A stretch of 64,000 bases of DNA. Source: Paragordius varius. Taxonomy: Eukaryota; Animalia; Nematomorpha. The stretch lies in the NCBI GenBank assembly GCA_964247055.1, contig OZ176054.1:1116001-1180000 (forward strand), written 5' to 3'. How positions within the stretch are numbered: position 1 is the first letter of the stretch; the number at the start of each line of letters is the position of its first letter. Shown piece after piece: positions 39,760 through 54,523 of this stretch. The notes beneath the pieces are model-generated. The model searched no databases. It was given only the letters and a program-made list of their open reading frames with translations, and was not told the origin of the DNA. The position numbers were made by a program, and so were the translations under genes.

Positions 39760-42473
39760 TTTTCCTAAGTCGCCAACGACTTTTTCAATATTCACCATTT
39801 CATTTTCTTCTATCTTTTACAATTGAGATCGTTTAATGTCATTTTGGTTTCTTCTTTTATCGTATCACACCACCTCATCGGTTGTCGGCCTCGTTTCCTT
39901 TGCCCTTCTACCTTCCCCAACATTGTATCTTTCTCTAGAGAATTTGATCGCATGATATGACCAAAATATGTTAACTTTCTTTTTAGAATTATCTCAAGGA
40001 AGTTTGTTTTAGGTTTTATTTCTGTAGTTAGATTTCCATTCTTAATTTTATCCTTACAGGTGTATCCTAGCATCCTACGCCAGCAGCTTCTTTCAAAAGC
40101 CATTAGCCTTTCTTTGTCCCTTTTTCTTAGAGTCCAACTCTCACATCCATATGTGGTGACTGGGAGAACGAAACAGTAGAGTAATCTTTTTTTGGTTTCA
40201 ACTCTTACGCTTTTGTTTTTCCAAATCTTTTTTAATTTGGTCATTGCTTCTCTACCCAATCCTATTCTCTTTCTGATGTCAGGAGTTGAAAACCCATCCT
40301 CTAAAATTATTGCGCCCAAAAACGTTAACTGTTTAACTATTTCTATTTCTACTTCTAATAATTGTATTTTCTCCAGTACATAATATTTTGGTTTTGTTAG
40401 GATTAAGCTTAAGACCATAACTCTAACTTTCGTTTCGAATCTCTTTAATCGATTCCTTCAAATCATTTACACTTTCAGCTATAAGAGTGGTATCGTCTGC
40501 AAACCTTAAATTATTGATTGTTCTCCCTCCTATTCTTACAATATTTTTACCATCTAACATCCTCATTATCATTTCTGTGGGCACGTATTGAACAGATAAG
40601 GAGATAAGCAACACCTTTGCATGACTCCTTTCAAGATAGGTATTTCGTCTGTGTCCCCCGCTGATGTTCTAATAATCGCTCTTTGTTTTACATAAAGAGA
40701 ACTAATCAATCTTATTAAGTGAGATACCCCTACTTACTTTAATGTTTCCCACAAGGAGTCATAAAAAAAGAATCGAAGGCTTGTCTGTAACCAATAAAAC
40801 ACATGTATAATTCTTTCTGGAACTCTTTGGATTTCTATTATCCTTCTCTACTTTGAGATATGATATCTTGTGCTTTTTCCCTTCATAAATCCGGCTTGTT
40901 TATCTGGTTCTGACTGTATGATACTGTGCATCCTGTTTTGTATTATTTTTAATAAGATCTTACTAGCGTGGCTAATAAGAGATATGTTCCAATAGTTCTC
41001 GCACTGGAGTACATCTCCTTTTTTATATATTGGGAGATATACAGATGATATCCAATCGTTTGGCCATTTACATGTTTCCCACACCTTTTGACATAACTTG
41101 TGTAACGTTTCTACAGGAAAAGCTTTTATGAACTCTATTGGGATATTGTCTAATCCCATCGCTTTGTGGTTAGGATTTGTTTTAAAGCTAATTCAACCTC
41201 CTCTCTTAGTATATCTGGATCATGTTCATCTTCTTTTAATTGCAACACTTTTGCTTGAGGAGCCTGATAGAGTTTTTGGGTGTATTCCTTCATCTTTCTC
41301 GTACTTCTGTTTGTTTGCACAATATGGTGCCATTCTCTTTTTTGGGATGTGTGAGTCATTTGCTTCAGTTTCTGGAACATTGGTTGCATTAATCCTTTTT
41401 TGTTATTTAATTCCACTTACAGACATTGTTATTAAAAAAATCTTCATAATCCTTTCTTTGTCGTTGAAATGCTTTGTTATATAATTTAACCATTTTATTT
41501 TCACCTCTGATTTAGCTTTTCTGTAATCTTTAAACTTTTTTCTGATATCCATTTATTATCTTTCCTCTTTACTCTCTGCACTTTTTTGGCTACTTCATTA
41601 ATAACATTTTTTATCGTCCCCCATAATTGTTCTGAGCTACATTCGGTGTCCAATCTTTTTAATCCATCTTTCGTTTTCTTTCTAAAACTATTTGGAACGA
41701 GTGTCATGTATGTCTGTTTAACCTTATTTTTAATTATTTTAAGTTTGATTTTGGTTACCAAAAGCTCATTATCGCTAGAGCAATCGCTGCTTTTGCTTGT
41801 TTTGGTATCGAGTATAGAGCTTTTCCATTTTTGAGGACATATTATGTATTGGTTATTATATTACCACATGGAGAGGTCCATGTGTATAACCACCTATTGT
41901 GTTGTGGAAACCATGTGTTGGTTATCATCATCTCATTACCTTGGCAAAAATTGATCAGTGCTTCCCCGGCCTCGTTTCGTTCTCCCAATCCATATGGCCC
42001 GACTATTTGATCTACTCTACCTCTACCAACTTTGCTGTTCCAATCCCCTCCTATGATAATCATATCTCCTTTCTTCGTTTCATCCAAAACTATTTGCAAC
42101 TTTGCATTAAAATCCTTTATGTCTTCTTTGGGAGCGTTTGACGTAGGAGCATAGACTACTATCTATGTGAATTTAAGTGGCTTAGCATTCAGCCATACTC
42201 ATGATTTTGGGTGTATATGGTGTATAACTAATGAAACTTTTATTTAAGTTGTTTTTATTAATACTGGAACGACTTCTGATTTCTGGTCTCTCCCCGATCT
42301 TAACAATGTATAATTTTCATTTTGTGCTTTCGCGCTACCTTTTGCTTGGTTTCCGTTAGACCCAATATATCTAAGTTCAATCTTTATATTTTCCTTTCAA
42401 TTATAACCTGTTTGGTTTCTGTTAATGAACGTACATTCCAGCACCCAACTTTGAAAAGTCGCGTTGATTGCAT
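39760..42473 (-). mobile_element. RTE-1 LINE, unit 2 copy
   Basis: APE fragment IIIGGDWNSKVG..GLGERNEAGEALINFC..TNTWF, RT fragment INNLRFADDTTLIAES and C-terminal FGHIMRS motif; same position as in unit 1. Confidence 0.9.
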
Positions 42474-43355
42474 ATAGTAAAACTCTTTAAATTACATAGT
42501 TAGCATACAAATAAAAAAAAACTTTACAAAACAAAAAAGATTAATGATTACAAAAAGGAAACAGATTTTCAAATATATTTATAGTATATAATAATGTAAA
42601 ATAATGTTACTTTCTTTGAATGTCTTTTCGCTTCATGCATGAAATAAATTTTAAAAGTATATATTTTTGATAGTTTTGGAGAAGACTTCCCTGCTTAAAA
42701 ATTCTTTTCATTGAGCAATTAGCACAAAAGTATACTCTTCGCATAAACACCAAAGCCAGTAACACTTAAAAATTCTTAATTCCCATATCTAATTTAATTT
42801 TATCAGGATTGTTGCACTTTTTAAATACAAAGAAAACGAACATTTTAGATTATTGTATAATCAGTTTAGTAGTTGGAAGTTTTTATATATTTTATAAAGT
42901 TTGTATTTATGGTAACTCCAAAAAGGGTAAATGTTTTGGACACCTAATTTTGAAAGGGAATCAATTATTTATTTTATTCATAATTGTTTGCATTAATCTC
43001 TAACTGATTGTCTTTTGTGAAAAACATCGGTCCGAAAATTAGATATAGCGATTAGGTGCCTTTACTAGTTTTAGAGATGCTATTGTATGTAGCGTTAACA
43101 CTTATGTCTTCTGGCTTGTTCCGGTGGATTTTGATCAATACATCGTTTAAATTATTATTTGTTGGCAGTTTCTTTGAGTTTCAATAAGATAACTGAATGC
43201 TAAAATATTATTTTTATAATAAATTGTAAAAGGTATTTATTACTACTAAATAAAGGTTAAAATTTATATACTCTAAAATTCAAGATTTATTTAATTTAAT
43301 TGTTTATTAAAAATAATTGCCAAACAAAAAATATCACAATATAATTATAATATAC

Positions 43356-45969
43356 TTGTTTTTGCAGGCTCAAAAAATTACCAGCGCCCTGCTCTTGCTG
43401 ATAGGTACTGTAGTAAACTAAATAAAAAAATTATTTTTTAGAATCTTACAAGGAAGTGGTAAAAAAGGTGTCGCATAATTCATTAAATATTAAATTTTAA
43501 ACATGATGGCGAATATTGAATTTATTATATAAATATATTTAGTTAAGTTAAATATCCATTAATTAAAAACACCCCTGTTTGTTATATATTTTGTTATTAA
43601 TAAATGTTTTTGGAAAATTACCTGATTCATATATGGATTGTTCTTGCTTTGCATCTAGAAATGCGTAACGTAAATTAACATGTAATAAAACATCAATGCA
43701 AAACATGTAATATTTTTTATAAATACTATTTAAAACTATCTTTACGTAATGTGACCAGATAGGCTGTTTTTCGCAGCACAATACTGGGTTTTTAGAAAAA
43801 AACTGCGCCTCTATTCTCCCACTTTTGAACTGCTTTTTGAAATTAAAAAAAATAATTTTTATAAATATATATTAATTATCTTTTATTTCAAAAAAAGATT
43901 TAGCATAGTACTCTCTGTAAAAAACCACATAATTTGTAAAGAAATGTTTCATTTTGCGGTAAAGAATGGCCTATTTTTAATTGGTAAATATTTTATTTTC
44001 CATTCGTATGTTACATAAAATTGGGTTTTGGATCGGTCAAACCTCTTAGAATTGCAACCTTTCGTGCAGTGGCGAAACTATAATTCTCGCATCTTAAGAT
44101 ACAGACTAATGGTTCTTTTACTCAGGGCCTCCGCAAAAATAGGTGCCTAAAAATTTAGAGTTAACAAAATTAATAATGATATTTTAATAAATGTTTGAGC
44201 AGGTTTAGAAAGTTTTTTTGTTATAATTATCAAACGGAAAATTATATAGAAAATTGTTATTCCCGTTACATATTACATAAAATTTATTAAGGATATGATA
44301 ATGAAATGACCTTTTTAAAAAAATTTTAGTTTTAACGACTGTACTCATTAGGTGGGAGGTATGATATTCCTTAATTTTTTTCCTTAACTTTAATTTATAT
44401 TAGTTTTCTTATTTTTTGCATTTGAGACAATTTGTTGAAGCGCAAACTATTTTGAAGCTGAATGGAAACATAAAGCTTTAAGATATAATAAAACCTTTAC
44501 TAAAAAGTTTAAGGATGTTGAACATTACTATGGTTGAGAATTTTTAACCTAAAGGTTTGTTTGCTTGCAAATTTTGGTGAATTTTCGTAAAAAAATACAA
44601 TTTTTATTTAAAAACGAGCAAAAATTTATATAAAAAATGTGAGCGATAAAAATGTTTAGCATTATCAAATTATATGTATAAATGGTATAGCATCTCAACT
44701 GTTTGTATCGTTTCCATCATGGTTAAAAACGCTTCAAATTTTGCTAAATATTAAATTTTTAAAGTGTGCATTTTTTAAAAAATATATTAAGTCGATATCA
44801 AAATTTAGCTATTTGAATTTATTACACAATGTCGAAATTTTGTTTTTAAGAGCACTGTACATTTTAAAATAGGCAAAAAATTGGGACTTTTAGAGCCCAC
44901 TTCTGAAAATTTAAAAAATATTGTTTTGCTTTATATATGTAGTTTATGTTATATTTTTTTGTGATTTTTGAATCAAAGCATTTAGCTTTCACAAAAATTT
45001 GAATAAAATGCGCACCTTTGACAATTTTATACCAAGCATTTATCACAAAAGTGTAAATAACTTTCTTTGATAACTCGTAAAGGTTAAAACCAAAACCATG
45101 ATAATCCTGATACTTTCCTATCAGAATATATATATATTTCATCAGGATACTTTTTTGTGACTGTGTAATATACAACAGATGTTGTAATCAGGCAAAATAT
45201 GTTTTAATTATGTACTGCGTCAAAGTTCAAAATATCTTTTTTAATACAATTTAACTAAATTATCTTATAACAGATACGTTGGGATGAATAAAACAAAAGA
45301 TTAATTTGATTTATTTGGCATTGAATAAAAATAATGTAGAAACAAAACCGCCGTTGTTTTCTTCCTACTATGAATGAAAAACATTTAAATATAATTTAAT
45401 CTCTAAGTTTAGACTTTTGAGAAAACCATTTATCAACAATTTTACTTGATTTTTTAGGAATATTTCTTAGCATTCTATTTATTAGTTGTGTAAGGAAACT
45501 TTGTCCAAGCATATTTAATCAAAATTATGGTTATGATGTAAATCTAAATTAAAGATAAAAATTTTAAAAGTGATGTAACAGAAAATGTTTAATTAATTTT
45601 ATAGGTTTATTAACTAGACCAAGATGCCGCTTCTTACCGAACGCTTTTCTCATTCCTAACCAGCTACTCCGACCTCCCTCACTCTCAACCGCGCCATCTA
45701 AACATTAATTAATCAGCATTGAGTTAGAATTGCATTAAAAGCAAGCAAGTTTAAAAAGTCTTACCCGGCGGAACCACTCTGTTCTTTCAGAAGAAATTCC
45801 CCATTTTCTTCCACTGGGGACAACAGGCCTTCCGATTCCTCCTAGAATCACCTGTTGTCCCCTCATCACCATCATTCCTCCCAATCACTCTTTCCGCTTT
45901 TCTTTTAACACGACCACAACAACACAGCGTTATCGCCGATGGGTCAAGATCGTTTGAATAACTTAACAT
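43356..45969 (-). pseudogene. 5' fragment (exons 1-4) of a kinase-family paralog, unit 2
   Basis: Same in-frame TGA in exon 1' (45787-45789); exon 4' at 43417-43356 is 62 nt (1-nt deletion). Confidence 0.8.
43750..45236. mobile_element. Non-autonomous TIR DNA element (TGTGACCAGATA end), unit 2
   Basis: Near-identical to 15821-17307. Confidence 0.6.
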
Positions 45970-46721
45970 TGTTAAGTGTGGAAGAAAATTTAATAATATA
46001 ATTGATTTTGCAATATCAAAAGCCAGTCAAATTTGACATAAAAGATATTCTCTTAGTTGCATTTTCCCTTTCCAAGTGATAAAATTTCAAATAATTAATA
46101 TTTTATTAAATAAATTGCATTATAATTCTGTTTAAATTGTGTTGTAAAATTCGCCTAGATTTACAATTAATAAAATCATTATTGTTCGCCATTATCATAA
46201 GATCAATTCAATATATGCAACAAAAACATTATTTTTATGTATAAATAGTTTTTTTTGAAAAAATGGCATTTTACGGGGTAGCGGGTAAAAAGAGGGCCTC
46301 AATCAAAAAGGTGAGTTGACTATGTTCGGCGCGATCAAAAATAAGTAAACAAAAATCATATTTGATATTAAATGGTCCAACACTTTCTCCGGATAATTGT
46401 ATCAACCTGTTTTTTACACGAAGTAGGCCCGTGAGGGCTTATTCCAAAGGGCGAAGCTATTGTCGGAACATTTATTAATGATTATATTTTTTCGAAGTTT
46501 GGATTTGAATGGGTCTACGGGTTTTCTGGTAGCAGATCACAAAGCCAGCATTTTCCATTTTTTCCATATTATAGAATTTATGAGAATATTAATGTATTTA
46601 AAAATAAATAAATTTAGTACATATAAATATATATATTTAATAGATTTTAAAATTTATACTGTGCTGTCTTATCTATGGTGTTTGAGTTACAACGTAAAAA
46701 GGGGGGCGCCATATAAGTTTT

Positions 46722-47887
46722 ATGCCCCGGGCGCCGCAAATGCTCGGTACTCCACTGAGTTGTTGTTGTGGGAGTTGTGTGGAAGGAAAAGCGGAAAGAT
46801 TGATTGCAAGAAACGATAGTGATGAGGGGACAACAGCTGATTCAAGGAGGAATCGAGGCTGTTGTCCCCAGTGGAAGAAAAGGATTTTCTTCCGGAAGAG
46901 GAGAGTCGATCCGCCGGGTAAGATTCTTTAAATATTTCTTGCTTGCTTTTAAGAGTGCAAGTTTAATTTATCCTAACGCTGAGTAATTATTGTTTAGATG
47001 GCGAGGCTGACGGGCGTGGGAAGAGGTTAGAACCCTTAAGAAAAGTGTTTCGTAGGAAGCGAGTTCCCGGCTCAGGTATTATAAACCTACAATTTTTTAA
47101 GAAATATCGTTTGTTACGGCAAAGTTGGTAAATCTTGCTGTTCAAACAAGTAAATTAGTAGTAAACATGGATATTATGTCAAAAGAAAACTATTTATATA
47201 AAACATCGCTAATTTAGATTTGCATCATAACCATAATTGTTGCTTGTACAAAGTTACACACTTACATATTCTTAAGAAATTAAGAAGACTTTGTAATAAA
47301 TGGTGTCTCTTTTCTCAAAAGTCCTAACTTAGAGATTAATTAGGTATAAGTTTTTCACTCATATAGAAAGACAATGGCGGTTTTTGTGCCTACAAGATAT
47401 TTACCCAATACCAAATACATCATTTAAATCGCATTTTTTATTTTATTCATTTTAAAGTATCTGTTAAAATAGAAGTTTAGGCAAATAATGTTAAAAAAAG
47501 TGATGTTTATTACATGTTAATTTACGTTACGCATATCTAGATGCAAAACAAGAACAATCCATAGATGAATCCGGTAATTAAAAATATATATTAATAAAAT
47601 ATAAAACAAACTGGGGTGTTTTTATTAATAATATTTTTTAACTCAAGTATAATTTAAATAATTCGATATTATCCATTTCACTATTGTGGTAAAATAGTTT
47701 GATATTAAATAAATGAAGCCACACTATAAACCTCTTATAGAAAATATTTTCTTTTTTTATGTAGTTTGCCACAGTACTTTTTATCCGCAAGAGGGAGCTG
47801 GTGATTATTTTGAGCCTGCAAAAACCCTGCGCATCATTTGCATTGAGATGGTTGATGGAGAACCATCCTACACCAATATCCATCCAG
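46722..47887 (+). CDS. Putative spliceable kinase-family mini-gene (N-terminal module fused to a kinase subdomain IX tail)
   Basis: Exons 46722-46917, 46998-47075, 47541-47573 and 47765-47887. All GT/AG sites are intact and the phases are compatible, giving 143 open codons. The 3' end is unresolved and expression is unknown. Confidence 0.4.
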
Positions 47888-48429
47888 GTATAATCAATTT
47901 TGTGCGAAATTTTTAATTTTTATCATTGATCAATAGATTATAAAAGATTGGAATTAACTTAAATGTATATAATTAACAATAAGCCAATAATAACTCCACA
48001 GATTATATTTATTATTTAAGGCATATTTAGAATGAGCCGAAAAGCGTTGATGCATAATTATTCAAAAAGGTACGTCTAACATCCTTTTATAGATTTAATG
48101 GATTCGCCAAATTTAACAATAAAACCTAAGATATGGTATGTTTAGAATCCATTTTACCAGGCCCTTGCTTCATGATTTTTTGAGGTCAATTATAATTAAT
48201 TTGGGTTTTTCCAATAAAAAATAAAATTATTTTACGCTTATATTGAAAATAAAAATATCATTAATGAGTAATTTTTTATTTTTATTTATAGATATATTAA
48301 TTTATCTATTTTATTTTGATTAATTTTTGGTTTCATTTTTTGGTTACATTTAAATATTAGTTAGTGTTTATTTTATCCATTATAATTATTCTTATTAATT
48401 GTATTTTTGTTTTTTATGGGTTTTTTTTG

Positions 48430-49415
48430 TAAGGCGTCCAGGCCAGACCTGGTCAATCGCTGCACGGAGGTAGGGGCCAATAGAGATACGGAAGGTTGCA
48501 GAGTGTGTTTTGCCGTATAAATGTTGAGTTAAGAAGTAAGTTATATGATTTAGTTGAAACTATGAGGGTAAAAAGGTAATTTTTTGTGCATTCAGGACAG
48601 ATACCGTGGAAACAGCACTAAAACATTAGAGGGTAACTATAAAATGTTTTATTCAGGTTATAACTGGGGTCGCCATAATAGTTTGTCCATGATTCACTCA
48701 AGTAATCGATGTTAGACGTGCTGACAGTAGAGTTATAAGTGTCGACCTGTTAAATAAGAGGGTTTTTACAAAGCGTTTCAGATAGGGTTAACTAAACCTG
48801 AAAAGGATAAATTTTGTGATTTGTTAGACACAGAAAGACTTCAGAAGACAGAAAAATAATATTATGTGGTGATTTCAATGGCCATGTGGGACAAAATAGG
48901 ACAGCGGAAAAGGTTACGGGGTTATAAATGAAAAAGGGGCTAGTTCATTAAAATTTGCTCAATTTTATAACTTAGCCATAACAAACACCTTTTTTACTAA
49001 AAGGGATAGCTATTTAATTACCTACGAAATCGAGAAATAAGAAGTCACAAATCGATTATATTCTGGTACCGCGAGAGTTTTTAAGTTTGTTGTGGACTGC
49101 AAAGTCACACCTAACTTGCAGATTAGCACACAACATAATATATTTGTGTGTAAATATATGACAGATAATAAATGTTAAAAAATAAAAGTTTATAGCGCCG
49201 AAGGTGATTAAATGATTCCTTAAGAAACAGTAAAGAACGATTTGTAGAAACGGTAGGCATGCTAGACAGGAACCGCGATTCGGAAGTGTTTAATCTCATG
49301 TGGCAATAGAGAGGCGGGAGTTAAGGTGTGCGGAATGAAAGGTGGTAAAAATCAGGTTTATGAGGCATGACTGAAAGACGAAAAAATAATTCTGAAATCG
49401 CGAGAGAAAAGTAAA
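48430..49415 (+). mobile_element. RTE-2, 5' part, unit 2
   Basis: Colinear with 20530-21505; stops abruptly at 49415. Confidence 0.78.
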
Positions 49416-49720
49416 GTATGGGTAAAATATTAACCATTTCTTAACAACAATCAAAATATATTAACCATACATGGATGGGTAATTACAATATTCAACCATT
49501 AATTTAAGTAATCAAATTATATTAACCATACAAGTGTGGGTAAAATATTAACCATTTCTTAACAACAATCAAAATATATAAATTATACAAAGACCATTAA
49601 TTTAAGTAATCAAATTATATTAACCATACAAGTATGTGTAAAATATTAACCATTTATTAACAACAATTAAAATATAATAACCATACATAGATGGGTAATT
49701 ACAATATTGAACCATTAATT
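49416..49720. repeat. Three-copy tandem repeat (units of about 118, 98 and 89 bp)
   Basis: Units start GTATGGGTAAAATATTAACC at 49416, 49534 and 49632; TAACCAT recurs internally. Confidence 0.85.
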
Positions 49721-50585
49721 TCACTAGACAACAAATTTTAACTTTTTTTAACTGCCATTCTTGTAAATTTAAAATTTATTTCATTAAAGGACATAATTAG
49801 TATATCTAAAAAGAAAATTGGTCTTACATGGAAGAATTTTTTTATATTAGAGTTTATTGATAATTTTTGGCCCCGATTTAACATTAATCGAAATTTCAAA
49901 AATTTAAAGTATTAGATATGAAGCCATGTATTTTATATCATTCGAAAGAGCGACAAAAACTGCATCTTTTAAATGGTAGTAAGTCATTTAAATCTATCGG
50001 ATATAAAAGTTATTTGGACTTAAATGGTCAAAATTTTCAATCCTTAAATAGGTCAAGAATTTTCACAGACAAACTAATTTGAAAATCATATAAATTATTT
50101 TAATATAATTATTAGGGTAATATAAATATTTAATTTAAAAAAAAATGTTTGGAAAAGCTTTTGGTTTTCTTTTTTAATAAAAATTATTATTATCATAAAT
50201 ATTTTACCTAGTGGATACTTAAAGGCATAGTTATAACTGTAAATTTATTACATAATGGCTATAAAAGATCAAATATACCTTAAACTTTGTTGTTTTCTTT
50301 AAATTTTCGAAATTATCAGCCTTGTAAAGAAAATAAATTAATATTGATGAGATGGTAATTTTTAAAAAACAAAAAACTTAAAAATGGCTGTTTTGAGTGA
50401 CATAAAAGCAATATAAATGTTTTAATCAAAAAAAACTTTCTTGTGTTATCTTTTTTGGACATTGATCTTCATCTAAACAAAGATTGAGCTATTTTCATCC
50501 ATTAGTTTTAATAATATAAAAATTAAAAAAAATGCTCTCGCTTCGCGCGTTTGTCGCTCTTTGTGTCCAATATTAACTGTCGATG

Positions 50586-50807
50586 TGTTAGAGGCTAATT
50601 TGAATAGACCTGTTATTACACGATTAGGTTAAACACACAACATTCGTTATATATCAGTACATTAACCTATTAACTTATCTGTATACTATTAATATATTAT
50701 TATAACCTCCCCACCACTTGTGAATATTATTATTATACCCTGAGATAATTGTATATAAGCAAACATCTCACCTTAATATATGTGAATACATTAAACCTAA
50801 TTATCTT

Positions 50808-50848
<41 letters not shown>

Positions 50849-50914
50849 TCATGATATAACGCGTTGTTCTTGTGATATACAATAAATACTTTACATTGTC
50901 GTCCCCAGATATTA
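50586..50914 (+). repeat. 5' LTR (329 bp) containing (TA)n
   Basis: Four substitutions and a 6-nt TA-run length difference relative to the 3' LTR, counted by eye. Confidence 0.93.
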
Positions 50915-53900
50915 TTGGTGGCCAAAACAAGATATGACAGACGAACCAATGAATATCACAGCTCAAAAATACAATAATAATAGCAATCGATACAGTAACA
51001 GCAATAATAATATCAATCGGTTACAACATAATAAATCCAATCGACAAACAATAATAAAACCTTCTACCACATGTAAATATTGCGGCACCACACACCCACC
51101 CAACAAGTGTCCAGCCTGGAGACGATCCCGTAACAAATGCGGAAAGCTAAACCATTTTGCGAGAATGTGTGTGGCCAAAAGACAAAGAACCAACTTCAAT
51201 AGGCAATTATTGAAGGAAGTTAACGTAGGTCGTAAGGCGCTAACTCCCTTACTGATAACACTAGTAATAAACGGGTTAAAAAAAGATTTTATATATGATA
51301 CCGGTTCGGACATTAGTGTAATAAACTTTGCCACATGGGAGCAAATCGGTAAACCCAAGCTGAATCCGACACCCCCAGTAAAATCGTACAACAATACCAC
51401 AGTGCCAATGATGGGGACAGCAAGTGTCAAGGTCCAGGTAAATGGTAAACAAATGGTCGGGGACATATGTGTCCTATGCAAAACGATGGGGATGGCCCCG
51501 CTAATCTGTGGACTGGACTGGATGGCGAAATTCCAGATTGAGATGCCACAGGTTAAAGTTAATTATCTTAAATTGAATGAGATTTGTGAAAATTTTAAAA
51601 ATTTATTCGAAAATAAGTTAGGGTGTTATAAGGACCCTGTAAAAATTCGCATTGCAGGGAATGCGATCCCGAAAATATGGCCATGTCGCAGGGTGCCTTT
51701 TCCATTAAGAGAAAAGGTGGAGAAAGAGCTGACGAGGCTAGAAAAGTTAGGCATTTTAGAACCGGTTGATCCTAACACCACACCTGTGACATGGGCCACG
51801 CCTACGGTTAATGTACTTAAACCGAATGTCCCACATAATTCACACGTTTGATGAGTTGGTGTCGAAAATAGGTGAAGGTATCACATTCACGAAAATTGAT
51901 TTAAAAGATGCTTACCTCCAGATGACAGTGGCAGAGGAGTGTCAAGAATTGTTAACTATCTCAACACATAAGGGTTCTTAGATACAAACGCATGCCGTTT
52001 GGACTGGCCACGGCACCTATCATCTTCCAAAGAGTGATGGAACAAGTGCTGGCTGAAAGTCCGGGAACTTGCGTATATTTAGATGACGTCCTAGTGACTG
52101 GTAGGACGGAAAATGAGCACATTAACAATTTAAAGAACGTATTAAGTCGTCTCGATCAGGCCGGATTTAAATTAAGACAAGATAAAATAATGATAAAGGC
52201 AGAATCAGTAAACTATTTAGGGTTTGAAATATCGAAAAAGGGTATAAGCCCCTGTGAAAGTAAAATCAAAGCAATTAAGGAACTAAAAAGGCCGGTAGAT
52301 AAAAAGTCGTTACCTAGTTTTTTAGGTTTTTTGACATTTCATGAACGCTTTATACCAAAATTACAAATGATAGTAGGTCCCTTACATGAATTAACTAGTA
52401 AAAATACGAGATGGTGTTGGACCGAAAACATGAGAAAAGCTGGTTAGCAGCTAAGAATTTGTTAAGCGAAAAAGTGTTTTTAACACCATATAATTCGAAT
52501 AGGAAATTGATAATAGAAACTGTTGCATCAGATTTAGGATTCGGATGTATTCTAAGTCATGAAGTTAATAGTGAAAGGTTACCGATAGCGTATGCCTCAC
52601 AAAAATGTAGCAACGCTGAAAGGAATTATTCCACTATAGAGAAGGAATTAAAAGCAATATTATTTGCGTTAAAAAAGTTTCATAGTTTCATATATGGTAG
52701 AAAATTTATAATATTAACTGACCCTTTACCTTTAGTAAAGTTAATAAATAGAGATCGAAATTTAAAAGAGATACATAATGCTAAAATACTAAGGTGGATT
52801 AATATGATAAATGAATACGACTTTGAAATAAATCATCAAAAAGGGGCTCAAAATAGAGCTGATTATTTATCGAGATGGCCGATTGACGAGATGTTGCCTA
52901 TGATGAAGATTATGCGGTTACCAGATATTGGAGATTTTTGAATTGTCATAACGTGCGGTTAAGCAGAGATGAAATTCGAAAAGAAACTGCATTAGATTCA
53001 GTATTACAAAAAGTAATTAAAGCGTTAAACAACCATGACTGGAGTCCAGAATTAAAAAAGTTTGTAAACTGTAAAGACGAGTTGGCATATCAATATGGCT
53101 TATTAAGTTTAAATGATCCGATTGTAATTCCGAAACCCCTCCAAAAAGAGGTGGTGAGATACCTACACAGCGGGCATAACAACGTAGAGACCATGAAAGC
53201 GATGGCCAGATTTACGTGTTATTGGCCAGAATTAGAAAATGACCTGGTAAAAGCCAGTAGTCAATGCGAATCGTGCCAACGTAGTAGGCCGAATGTTACT
53301 CAGAATTCCACGTATCAGTGGGATCATAATGTTGCTGTGTGGGAGCGTTTGCATATTGATATAGCCGGACCAGTAGACGGTTTGTATTGGTTGTTGATAA
53401 TTGATAGTGCCTCGAAATGGGCAGAAGGATTTATGTTGAAAAAGGTAACCGCAGCGAATATAATCCACAAATTAGAAGAAACGTTTGCAAGGTTTGGCTT
53501 TGCAAGAGAGATCGTGAGCAATAACGCTTCGTACTTCAGTAACGAGTACTTTACGTCAACCTTAAGTACGTTAGGGGTGAAACATATTAAGGTTACCCTA
53601 TACCACCCTTAGAGTAATGGGATGGTAGAAAGGTTAGTAGGTACAATAAAAAATAAATACAAAAGAATAAAAAATAATGGGATATCCACCCACGAAGCGT
53701 TTATCACTAGCCTATGGGCGTATAGAAATTCTATACACTCAACAACGGAAGAAACCCCAGCCCAATTAATGTTTAAGCGTACCCCCCATACGCCCTTAAC
53801 CTGGTTAAATAGTAGAAAGAGATTGTTAGATGCACCGACCCCCCGACGGCAGTTTGCCATTAATGACCAGGTAATGATTAAAAATTAATTAAGTTCAGGG

Positions 53901-54266
53901 TGGCGCGCCGGAGAGATTACGGACCGTATCGGGTGATTTTCATACAAGGTATGGGACAAGGACCGAGACAAAGTTTTGAGGAACACGCTGACCAAATAGT
54001 ACAACAATCACAACCACAGCCGACCACTTCCAGCAACACAAATGAGGAGGTAACCACAGTTACGGATGATGGAACAATCGCTGAAACACCAAACACGATC
54101 AATTCAAGGGACGAAATCAAACCAATTACTCCGACAGCCGAAAGTCCAAATAATGATAATACCCAGAAACCTGAGACTACCTACTCCCCCGCTAAAACAC
54201 AAGAACGACGGTACCCGACAAGAAGTCGGCAGAAACCTGCCCGCTTTCGTTAGGGGGGGGGAGTGA

Positions 54267-54488
54267 TGTTAGAGGCTAATTTGAATAGACCTGTTATTAC
54301 ACGATTAGGTTAAACACACAACATTCGTTATATATCAGTACATTAACCTATTAACTTATCTGTATACTATTATTATATTATTATAACCTCCCCACCACTT
54401 GTGAATATTATTATTATACCTTGAGATAATTGTATATAAGCAAACATCTCACCTTAATATATGTGAATACATTAAACCTAATTATCTT

Positions 54489-54523
<35 letters not shown>

